DNA of 64,000 nucleotides from positions 3,680,001 to 3,744,000 of the forward strand of contig OZ242311.1 of NCBI GenBank assembly GCA_965207885.1. The letters run 5' to 3'. The stretch comes from Candidatus Latescibacterota bacterium (GTDB lineage: Bacteria; Latescibacterota; UBA2968). The notes beneath the pieces are model-generated. The model made no database searches. It had not been told where the DNA came from and was given only the letters and a program-made list of their open reading frames with translations. The position numbers and the translations under genes are program-made. This document shows, one piece after another, positions 30,750 through 38,756 of this stretch (positions are counted from its first letter, which is position 1; each line of letters opens with the position of its first letter).

Positions 30750-31018
30750 CCCTTCATATCAATATCATCTACAACGCCGACGATAACGGAACGCACCGCA
30801 GGCAATTCCACATTGAGGACGAGACCTGCCGCGACTCCTTGACGGATCACGAGGACAATTTCGCCGCGACCAACGCCTGTGGCGTCAACTGCCAGAGCCG
30901 ATGCGCCGTCATCTTTGCCATCGGGCGTAATGGGTTGCACGACCATGAGTTTGGCGCTGTTGTAATCGCTGTGTTTAATAGTCGATGTGACGCTACCGAG
31001 AACGCGGGCCAGGAACAT
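30746..31018 (-). CDS. BMC vertex (pentamer) protein, EutN/CcmL family
   Basis: MFLARVLGSVTSTIKH..KLMVVQP..AVDATGVGRGEIVL..IVGVVD. Confidence 0.93.
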   Translation of the reverse strand: MFLARVLGSVTSTIKHSDYNSAKLMVVQPITPDGKDDGASALAVDATGVGRGEIVLVIRQGVAAGLVLNVELPAVRSVIVGVVDDIDMKG

Positions 31019-31044
31019 ATAGAATTTGGGATTCGGGGTTTAGT

Positions 31045-31065
31045 CTCCCCTTCTTCTGAGGGGAG
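31045..31065. repeat. Intergenic GC-rich palindrome (REP-like hairpin)
   Basis: CTCCCCT-TCTTCTG-AGGGGAG in the 64-nt gap between two BMC-P genes; no U-tract. Confidence 0.5.
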
Positions 31066-31082
31066 CCGGAGGGTAGGCTACC

Positions 31083-31346
31083 TCATGCATCGACCTGATC
31101 GACAATGCCAACAACTGCCGCATCAACCGGGCCGTATTTATCGGGCAGGGCGTTGGGCGCTTCTCGTGAACCGACCCAGTAGATGGTCTCGCCATCGCTG
31201 GCATTGACCACATCAATCGCGACAAAAGCATCCCCTGCTTTATTGTGCTCGTGATCAATCGGTTCAACGACAAGCAGTCTAAAACCTTTGAGCGAGGCAT
31301 CTTTGCGCGTCGCCCAAATTTTTCCAATGACGCGGCCGAGGAACAT
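31083..31346 (-). CDS. BMC vertex (pentamer) protein, EutN/CcmL family
   Basis: MFLGRVIGKIWATRKD..LLVVEP..VAIDVV..GE..GSREA..PVDAAVVGIVD. Confidence 0.93.
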   Translation of the reverse strand: MFLGRVIGKIWATRKDASLKGFRLLVVEPIDHEHNKAGDAFVAIDVVNASDGETIYWVGSREAPNALPDKYGPVDAAVVGIVDQVDA

Positions 31347-31369
31347 TTTTACCTCGCGAGATACGGGAC

Positions 31370-32806
31370 TTATACAATTCTAAAATAGTCGATGAGGGCA
31401 CAGCGGCGCTGGCGGGTAAATGTGCGGGCAGACGTGCAGCCTTCGCCGGTGGGTGTGGCAATAGAGAAAGACGTATAGCCTTCGCCACCTGCGCCCAATC
31501 CCGCAGATGACGCGCCGTTTTTCACAAAAATCGTACACTTACACTGGCGAGCCATAACCGTCATATTCTCGACATTTTTCGAATGCATGACCGCCGTGTG
31601 GCGATACCCCTGTTCGGCCCGAATAGCCCAGTCAATTGCCCTGTGTACATCGGGTGTGCGAACAATGGGGACAAACGGCATCATCTGCTCGTGTTGAACA
31701 AAATCGTGCTCATTTTCAACCTCGCCAATCAAAAGCTCTGTATCGGGCGAAATATTGAGACCAATTTGGGCAGCAAGCACATGCGCGCTGCGACCAACGA
31801 GGTCCCGATTGAGCATCCAATCGCCTTTTTCGTCGCGGGGAAACGCGATTTTGGTCAGTGCATCAATTTGCGACCGGTCGAGTTCCACACAATTATTTGC
31901 CTTCAAGTGGCGCATTAGTTCATCGGCCACGGATTGAACTGCAAAAACTTCCTTTTCGCCAATACACAAAATATTATTGTCAAAACCGCCGCCTTCAATA
32001 ATGCCGAGGGCGGCCTTTTCGATATCGGCGGTCTCATCTACGACTACAGGAGGATTGCCAGGTCCTGCTGCGATCACGCGCTTGGGTGCTTGCATGGCCG
32101 CTTTGACAACACCGCCCCCACCGGTGACGAGAACGAGATCAATGACGGGATGCACAAAAAGGCTCTGCGCCGTTTCTATGGATGGTTCGCGCACAGCGAC
32201 GAGCAGATTTGGTGGACCGCCCGCGCCGACAATGGCGCGATTGAGCATCTGAAGACCCAGAGCCGAAACATCTTTCGCGCTCGGATGGGGCGCAAAAACC
32301 GCGCTATTGCCCGCAGCGACAAAGCTAATTGCATTGTTGACCATCGTGGGCACCGGGTGCGTGGATGGCGTGACCGCTGCTATCACGCCAAAGGGCGCCA
32401 TTTCAACAACCGTCAAACCATTGTCGCCCGTCCACGCCGTGGGTTGCAAATCTTCAACGCCAGGTGTGTGTTGTACAACAACCTCGAGTTTGCGAATTTT
32501 GTGCGGCACCTTACCCATGCCGGTTTCTTCAACGGTTTTTTGCGCGATACCCTTTGAATGCGCCATAGATTCGCGGCGGATCGCAGAAATAAGCTCGCGG
32601 CGTTGCTCCAGACTCATTGCTTCAAGGGCACGCTGGGCTTCTGAAGCTGCAGCAATAGCTTCTTCGAGATCATCAAAAAGGCCATCGTCGCCTTTGTTTT
32701 CATAGCGCGCGGGCGGTGCAATAACAGCAGGGGCTTCGCGCTCAGCCACAAGGCGACGCACGACCTGCTCAACCACCGATTGGATTTGAATTTCGTCTAA
32801 GTTCAT
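31370..32806 (-). CDS. CoA-acylating aldehyde dehydrogenase (PduP/EutE family) with N-terminal encapsulation peptide
   Basis: MNLDEIQIQSVVEQVVRRLVAE EP; EETGMG, APFGVI..VTPSTHP, AGPGNPP, FDNNILCIGEKE (catalytic Cys), SFSIATPTGEG, TFTRQRRC. Confidence 0.95.
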   Translation of the reverse strand: MNLDEIQIQSVVEQVVRRLVAEREAPAVIAPPARYENKGDDGLFDDLEEAIAAASEAQRALEAMSLEQRRELISAIRRESMAHSKGIAQKTVEETGMGKVPHKIRKLEVVVQHTPGVEDLQPTAWTGDNGLTVVEMAPFGVIAAVTPSTHPVPTMVNNAISFVAAGNSAVFAPHPSAKDVSALGLQMLNRAIVGAGGPPNLLVAVREPSIETAQSLFVHPVIDLVLVTGGGGVVKAAMQAPKRVIAAGPGNPPVVVDETADIEKAALGIIEGGGFDNNILCIGEKEVFAVQSVADELMRHLKANNCVELDRSQIDALTKIAFPRDEKGDWMLNRDLVGRSAHVLAAQIGLNISPDTELLIGEVENEHDFVQHEQMMPFVPIVRTPDVHRAIDWAIRAEQGYRHTAVMHSKNVENMTVMARQCKCTIFVKNGASSAGLGAGGEGYTSFSIATPTGEGCTSARTFTRQRRCALIDYFRIV

Positions 32807-32823
32807 ATCTCACTTCGCACGTC

Positions 32824-33114
32824 TCACTTCTGATAAACCGCTTCACCTTCGATTTCTGCCGTGTCGATAATAGCGACAATCACAGCATCGACAGGGCGAT
32901 CTTCAGTCACACTCGTCATGCGGGCGGAACTTCCACTACAACAGAGCACGACTTCGCCATCGCCTGCACCAACAGCATCTACGGCGACCAAAAAACTTTC
33001 TTTGAGTTCGAATGCGGGCAAATCAAGCGTTTGGACGATCTGGAGCTTAAAACCCGCCAGACCGCTGTCTTTTTGGGTGGCAACCACCGTTCCCACCACC
33101 TTGCCGAGGGTCAT
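32824..33114 (-). CDS. BMC vertex (pentamer) protein, EutN/CcmL family
   Basis: MTLGKVVGTVVATQKD..L.GFKLQIVQ..VAVDAVGAGDGEVVL..GSSAR..PVDAVIVAIID. Confidence 0.95.
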   Translation of the reverse strand: MTLGKVVGTVVATQKDSGLAGFKLQIVQTLDLPAFELKESFLVAVDAVGAGDGEVVLCCSGSSARMTSVTEDRPVDAVIVAIIDTAEIEGEAVYQK

Positions 33115-33117
33115 AGT

Positions 33118-33402
33118 TTAGCCGTCTGAAGAGCCGATAGGCAGAATATTTTCAAGGCTACCATGTGGTCGCGGAATGACGTGTACGGAAACGAGTTCTC
33201 CAATTTTGCCAGCGGCAGCAGCACCGGCTTCCGTTGCAGCTTTAACAGCTGCCACATCGCCGCGCACAATAGCAGTGACATATCCTGCGCCAATGCGTTC
33301 CCAATTGACAAATTGGACATTGGCGGCTTTGACCATCGCATCTGCAGCCTCAATCATAGCTACGAGACCTTTGGTTTCAATCATGCCGAGGGCTTCACCC
33401 AT
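33118..33402 (-). CDS. BMC shell hexamer protein (BMC-H, PduA/EutM-like)
   Basis: [46 protein letters not shown]. Confidence 0.97.
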   Translation of the reverse strand: MGEALGMIETKGLVAMIEAADAMVKAANVQFVNWERIGAGYVTAIVRGDVAAVKAATEAGAAAAGKIGELVSVHVIPRPHGSLENILPIGSSDG

Positions 33403-33424
33403 GTTGTGTCCTCCTGAAAAATGA

Positions 33425-33697
33425 TCATTGTGTACTGAAAATAACCGTCTCTACCTGTGGATCGAGATTTGGGATAACGTGAGCGGCAACGAGATCGCCA
33501 ACGCGCTCGGCAGCTTCTATTCCCGCTTCGATAGCTACGTGAACCGCGCCCACATCGCCGCGTACGAGTGTGGTGGTATATCCCGCACCGATTTTTTCGT
33601 ACTTTTCAATCGTGACGAGAGCCGTCTTAACCATGGCATCGGCAGCTTCTGTTGTGCCAATAACGCCGAGTGTTTCAATCATACCAAGAGCATTCAT
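33425..33697 (-). CDS. BMC shell hexamer protein (BMC-H, divergent C-terminal motif)
   Basis: [40 protein letters not shown] (PRPH absent). Confidence 0.95.
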   Translation of the reverse strand: MNALGMIETLGVIGTTEAADAMVKTALVTIEKYEKIGAGYTTTLVRGDVGAVHVAIEAGIEAAERVGDLVAAHVIPNLDPQVETVIFSTQ

Positions 33698-34401
33698 TTT
33701 ATCATAAACACCGTATCTCCACAGACGAGATCGGCTGCGTTGGCGTCGTCGGTATCCAAATGGAGTTCGGGCAAATAGCTTTCGTCAATTTTGAGGCGCA
33801 CATTATCATATATAACGCCTTTTTCGCCTCCCACGCGCACCCTGACAGATTCCCGCCCTTGAAAGCCATAATCTATTACATCAGATGGACGCAGGTGAAT
33901 GTGGCGCGCCGCGCGAATGGCTGCGTTGACCGTGACCGACCCCTTGGGACCGATAAAAGTAACAGGTGGCGCATCTCTCAGGTCTCCCGAATCCCTCACA
34001 GGCGGGTCAACACCGATATAGATGGCATCGGTTCGGGCGAGTTCGACCTGATTATAGTCGCGACTGGGACCGAGAATTCGCACGCGCTCAATCGCGCGCA
34101 ACCGGGGGCCAACAACAGATATGACTTCCTCGGCGGCAAAAGCACCCGGCTGATAGAGTTCTCGATAAGGCGTTAAGGTGTGACCCGCACCAAAAAGGAT
34201 CTCCAGAGTTTCGTCGTCAACATGTGCATGCCGGGCAGACACACCTGCAGAAATGGGAATTTCTGCGTTATCTCCACCGCGTATTTGGAGCACGACTTCT
34301 TGCGCAATGCGATCAATCGCATCGCTTTCCCCGCTGTTTTGCCCGAAAGAACAAAGCCCGCAGTCATCGCACACAGAGGCATTTTTTCGCATTGGAAACA
34401 T
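33694..34401 (-). CDS. pduL: PduL-type phosphotransacylase with N-terminal Cys motif and encapsulation peptide
   Basis: SARHAHV, L.QPG.FAA.E, VRILGP.R..NQVELARTDA, RDSGDL, ARHIH, LHLDTDDANA; start ATG 34401 or 34392. Confidence 0.93.
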   Translation of the reverse strand: MFPMRKNASVCDDCGLCSFGQNSGESDAIDRIAQEVVLQIRGGDNAEIPISAGVSARHAHVDDETLEILFGAGHTLTPYRELYQPGAFAAEEVISVVGPRLRAIERVRILGPSRDYNQVELARTDAIYIGVDPPVRDSGDLRDAPPVTFIGPKGSVTVNAAIRAARHIHLRPSDVIDYGFQGRESVRVRVGGEKGVIYDNVRLKIDESYLPELHLDTDDANAADLVCGDTVFMIK

Positions 34402-34440
34402 TGTCAAAGTTCTGTATCAGGTGCTGTTTACAAAGGGCGA

Positions 34441-34469
34441 AAAATAGCCCATGCCTGCTGTAAAGTCAA
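34441..34469 (-). promoter_or_regulatory. sigma70-type promoter of the BMC operon
   Basis: TTGACT-17 nt-TATTTT, ~40 nt upstream of pduL. Confidence 0.65.
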
Positions 34470-34559
34470 GAGCTAAACACGCCGTAAAAAGCGCCATGCT
34501 TGACAAGTACCGCGCTTTGAACCAAATTCAGAGAGACTGTTTTATTTTTTCTAACCATC

Positions 34560-36179
34560 ATGAGAAATATACACTTGCTACTTAGATCGCTCATGTGCAT
34601 CCTGCTGTTTTTCTATATAGCCAGCCCGGCAATCAGCGAAGATGCCTCACCCGATATTCCACTGTATCATCCCGTGTATCCCTTATTGGATCGCCTGAAT
34701 GCACGAGACTGGGTCGCCGTACCCGATACGCGTCCCTTGACCCGGATACAAGTTGTGCGGATGCTGTCCGCCGTGTCCAGTCAATCTATGTCGGCAACCG
34801 AGCGCGGCCTCATCAACCGATATATCGCAGAATTGGAAAATCGCGCGGCCTTTGCACGCGAACCCCGATGGACCTGGCACGACTCTGCGGCGTCCGTCAC
34901 CCTCGAACCGCTGGCACGGCAACAGGTGATTGCGCGCAGGGGCGATGGATTTTTGAACGAGACCGCGTCGCAAACCTATATTGGTGGTTCTATGCGCGGG
35001 CGATTCCACACATTGGGATTTTATGCACGCCACTTTGAGGCCCGCGAGTGGAGCAACCAACCGCGCCTTCGCCGAGAAGATGTGCTGGCCCATCCCCTTG
35101 AAGACGTGCAACTCAAAGGCAAAAAAGTGGATTTCCGCGAAAGCGCGTTTCAACTGGCCTGGGCAAATACATGGATGCGTGTAGATGTGGGTAAAGGAAG
35201 CCTCAGTTGGGGGCCCGGACGCACGGGAAATTTATTGCTCTCCAACAATGCGCCATCTTATGGCTTGTTCCGGTTGCGGACATCACATGGGCGATTGCGC
35301 TATACCCATATCGCTTCATCACTGCGCGCACGCCCGGGATTAATCGACACGACGCGACGGTGGATCGACAATGGGCATGTGCGTATTTTTTTAAGGCAGA
35401 AGCGACTTGCCGCGCACCGACTGGAGATTGCGTTCTCAAAAGTGAGAATAGGATTGCACGAGGCAGTGGTATATGGCGACCGAGGATTTGAACTGCTCTA
35501 CGTTTTGCCAGTCGCCGTATTTGCTGGAACGCAAAACCACCTGGGAAATCGCGACAATCTCGTAATTGGAGCCGATATATCAGCTCACATCCTGACGGGA
35601 CTAACACTTTATGGCGCGTGTTTTTTCGACGATATGGTCAAATTCGATCCCAATGCGTTTTCCAATCAATTTGCCTTTCAATTGGGCGCATTCTGGGTCG
35701 ATCCCTTGGGCTTGCGAGATACTGACGTACGCGCCGAATATGTGCGTGTGGAGCCTTATGTGTACGCACACAATTTCCACATCAATACGTATGAACACTA
35801 CGACGCGCTGTTGGGCTATCCAACCGGACCAAATGCAGACCGATATTTTGCACGAGTGACACACCGCTTTTCGCCGAGCCTGAATGCGTCTTTAACTTTT
35901 GAAAGAGAGCGACAAGGTGAAAATCCAGTAAATCCAGATGGAACAATTGTCAATGTAGGCGGCAATGCACAACTGGGGCGTCGATTAGAGGACCCAACTA
36001 CGCGAAACTTTATGTCGGGCAATATAGAGACACTAAAAAAAATAGGTGGCCACGTGTTATTCGCACCCGTGAGAAATTGGACTTTACAAATGCAATATCA
36101 ACACCATCGCATCACAACACAGCAAAGCAGGGTAACAGGGCATGAGTGGACAGCGACAATGGCTGTGAACTTCTATTAA
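34560..36179 (+). CDS. Capsule assembly Wzi-family outer-membrane beta-barrel protein
   Basis: Signal peptide, IPLYHPVYPLLDRL, WGPGRTGNLLLSNNAP, AAHRLE, LGYPTGPNAD, C-terminal aromatic residue. Confidence 0.75.
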   Translation: MRNIHLLLRSLMCILLFFYIASPAISEDASPDIPLYHPVYPLLDRLNARDWVAVPDTRPLTRIQVVRMLSAVSSQSMSATERGLINRYIAELENRAAFAREPRWTWHDSAASVTLEPLARQQVIARRGDGFLNETASQTYIGGSMRGRFHTLGFYARHFEAREWSNQPRLRREDVLAHPLEDVQLKGKKVDFRESAFQLAWANTWMRVDVGKGSLSWGPGRTGNLLLSNNAPSYGLFRLRTSHGRLRYTHIASSLRARPGLIDTTRRWIDNGHVRIFLRQKRLAAHRLEIAFSKVRIGLHEAVVYGDRGFELLYVLPVAVFAGTQNHLGNRDNLVIGADISAHILTGLTLYGACFFDDMVKFDPNAFSNQFAFQLGAFWVDPLGLRDTDVRAEYVRVEPYVYAHNFHINTYEHYDALLGYPTGPNADRYFARVTHRFSPSLNASLTFERERQGENPVNPDGTIVNVGGNAQLGRRLEDPTTRNFMSGNIETLKKIGGHVLFAPVRNWTLQMQYQHHRITTQQSRVTGHEWTATMAVNFY

Positions 36180-36192
36180 GCGGGAAAGAGAA

Positions 36193-37365
36193 ATGAGTCA
36201 TCGCCAGTACCTGTGGGGCTTGCTCGCATTCGCATTATTATTGCGCGTAGGGTTTGGGTTGTCGCAATCCGATTTGACCAATTCATCTGATGAGGTACAT
36301 TGGGATCGTTTGGGGCAGGCTTATGTCGCGCTGGGCGTTTTGCACCCCGATACCGGAATGTACCGCCCCCCATTATACGGCTTATTTCTGGCGGGCATGT
36401 ATCGTACATTTGGTCACAAACCCGTCCTGGTGCGGATTGCCCAGGCCATCTTGGGCACAATCACCTGCTATTTCATCTATGTTCTGGGCTGTAGAATGGG
36501 CAGGGTATTGGTCGGTCTGATCGCTACTGGTTTGTTCGCTATTTATCCGTTATTTATATATTTTTCCGGCGTGTTGATGGCCGAAACCATTCTGATTTTT
36601 TTGACGACTATTAGCTTTTTGTGCTGTGTCCAATTCTGGAAAAAAAACACCTTTCCGATGGCGATGATATTTGGTGGAATTGTGGGACTATCCGCACTTT
36701 GCAAGCCCGTTTTATTGCCCTGGTTACCTCTTGTTCTCTTTTTTTGGTGGCAAAAATCTCGCCTGACACCTGCACAAAAAGCATCGCGCGTGCTAACCGT
36801 AGTCGGCGCACTCTGCCTGATTATTTTGCCCTGGACAGCGCGCAATCATATCGTCTCGGGCGAATTTGTGCCTATCTCGACTAATTTGGGGATCAACTTG
36901 CTGGTGGGAGCACACCCAGAAGGACGCGGCGTTTACGACAACCACATCGATTATCTGGCACTTTATCACACACTGGCCGACACATCTCAGGGTGCAGCCG
37001 CCGACCGCCGCGTCGCGGGCGTTGTGATAGAGTGGATAATCGCGCAACCACTGCACTATCTGAGTTTGAGCATTGACAAACTGCTCTATTTTTGGTGCCC
37101 CTGGGTGCCGGGAGAGCCGCCATTATACAACGCAATTGCCGTGCTTTCCTGTACCCCATTGCTAACCCTGGGACTTGCCGGCACATTTATCCAACGCCAG
37201 AGGTCCGAAGGTCTGGCACTTATTCTACTGATAATTTGCATGTCACTATTGCACATGGTATTCTTTGCTCACACGCGCTTTCGGCTACCTGTTGACGCGG
37301 TTTTGTGCGCGCCTGCGGCCTGGGTATGTGTGCAGTGGATTAACCGAATAGGGCGAAGGGCGTGA
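36193..37365 (+). CDS. GT-C fold glycosyltransferase, family 39 (ArnT/PMT-like)
   Basis: SDEVHW, YRPPLY, YPLFIY..LMAET, PWTARN, RFRLPV; multi-TM. Confidence 0.8.
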   Translation: MSHRQYLWGLLAFALLLRVGFGLSQSDLTNSSDEVHWDRLGQAYVALGVLHPDTGMYRPPLYGLFLAGMYRTFGHKPVLVRIAQAILGTITCYFIYVLGCRMGRVLVGLIATGLFAIYPLFIYFSGVLMAETILIFLTTISFLCCVQFWKKNTFPMAMIFGGIVGLSALCKPVLLPWLPLVLFFWWQKSRLTPAQKASRVLTVVGALCLIILPWTARNHIVSGEFVPISTNLGINLLVGAHPEGRGVYDNHIDYLALYHTLADTSQGAAADRRVAGVVIEWIIAQPLHYLSLSIDKLLYFWCPWVPGEPPLYNAIAVLSCTPLLTLGLAGTFIQRQRSEGLALILLIICMSLLHMVFFAHTRFRLPVDAVLCAPAAWVCVQWINRIGRRA

Positions 37366-38756
37366 TACTTCGAGCAGATTTTTTTGACCCTGCAAAACCT
37401 CACCTGCTGGTTCTGGTGTGTTTTGGGCAGATATTGTTGATTGCACTACCGTTTTTAGTAAATGACGCGCTTGCGGCAATTCTCGTCTTGAGCTTGTTGT
37501 CGGCAATCGCACTTTTTGGCTCTCTCACGCTGTCAGTGCTCTATTTGTGTTTCACCGCCGCGGTTGTGCCTTCCTGGTTTTACGAAGACTATCTGACCTT
37601 GCCTCTGGACTTCAAATTTTATGAAGGTCTTCTCGTAGTGGTGATGGGCATTGCCGCGCTCAACTATTTGTTAGAAGGCCGATGGAATTGGCGACGGCAT
37701 ACTTTTTTGGATCAACCAATGCGCGTATTGCTGGGGCTGGTCGTATTTTCATGCTTGTTGGGGTTGATCTACGGACAGTCGGTCTCGCAAATGTTGCGCG
37801 ATGTGCGCTATCCATTATACTACACGTTGTTCTTTGTGATAACGTGGTTTTTTGATATACGGAGATTCTCCACATTCCTGCATTTATTTCTCTTCATCGC
37901 CGCAATTGTCGGCATCGAGTACTTGTTTGAATTTCTTTTACAGGTAGATGCGAACATTGCGGGCGGTTTTGTTCGGGTCGCACGGCTCGAAGGTATTGTG
38001 TTGCCGATGGGCATACTCATTATTGCCGCCATTTTGTTATTTGAAGCACGGGCATACAGACGAGCATGGGCGTGGGGTGCGATATTGCCTATCGGGCTGG
38101 CCCTGGTTTTGACAATGGGGCGGGGCATGTGGATTTCACTATTCGTAGGGCTGGGCAGCCTCGCCGCGTTGACTGTGCTGGACAAGCAGGCCGCCCCCCG
38201 ACGCCTGTCGCGTCTTTTTATAGTGGCATTGGTTCCCCTGCTGCTATTGGCGATGGGTTATATTTTCCAGCAACAAACCCGTGCTGCCGTCAGTGATATC
38301 GCATTGGACCGCGTGACGCGCAGCGTTGAAGCCATAAGTGGGCGGTTGATATCTTATGGCAAAGCACTGGAAAAAATTCGTCAGCGCCCTTTGCTCGGCG
38401 GCGGACACGGTGAAACCGTGACGTCTTTGGTGACATTTCCACCACCGCCACAGATATTGACAGTAGGTGCAGTTGACAACGTTTATTTAACGATTGGGAT
38501 GCGAATGGGGCTGGTTGGCGTCGCAGCATTTTTGTGGGTCTTCGGCTTTGCTCTGTGGCGTGCATATCTATTATTCCAGCAAAGTTCTGATACCCGCGTG
38601 CGTCTATTCTGCGCGGCATTTATCGCCATTTACGCTGCGCTACTGGTCTATGGCATGGCAGACGCAACCCTCTTTGCCAATCGGTTGATCTTCATCCATG
38701 CGACATTTTTGGGGCTTATTGCGCGGCTGGTAGCAGAGGAAAAAAATAATGCCTGA
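37362..38756 (+). CDS. O-antigen ligase/polymerase family protein (Wzy_C)
   Basis: Multi-TM; LTMGRGMW, SGRLISY, RPLLGGGHG, DNVYL..GLVG. Confidence 0.75.
   Translation: MILRADFFDPAKPHLLVLVCFGQILLIALPFLVNDALAAILVLSLLSAIALFGSLTLSVLYLCFTAAVVPSWFYEDYLTLPLDFKFYEGLLVVVMGIAALNYLLEGRWNWRRHTFLDQPMRVLLGLVVFSCLLGLIYGQSVSQMLRDVRYPLYYTLFFVITWFFDIRRFSTFLHLFLFIAAIVGIEYLFEFLLQVDANIAGGFVRVARLEGIVLPMGILIIAAILLFEARAYRRAWAWGAILPIGLALVLTMGRGMWISLFVGLGSLAALTVLDKQAAPRRLSRLFIVALVPLLLLAMGYIFQQQTRAAVSDIALDRVTRSVEAISGRLISYGKALEKIRQRPLLGGGHGETVTSLVTFPPPPQILTVGAVDNVYLTIGMRMGLVGVAAFLWVFGFALWRAYLLFQQSSDTRVRLFCAAFIAIYAALLVYGMADATLFANRLIFIHATFLGLIARLVAEEKNNA

Noticed and set aside
31040-31327. Alternative 95-aa ORF overlapping BMC-P2
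   Set aside because: Different frame of a clearly recognisable EutN/CcmL gene; no features of its own.
29928-34401. Carboxysome, Pdu, Eut or glycyl-radical BMC
   Set aside because: No RuBisCO, diol dehydratase, ethanolamine ammonia-lyase or glycyl-radical enzyme; the signature enzyme is a class II aldolase.
34500-34528. Plus-strand promoter for the Wzi gene (TTGACA-17-CAAATT)
   Set aside because: The -10 lacks the first T; plausible but too weak to list as a feature.
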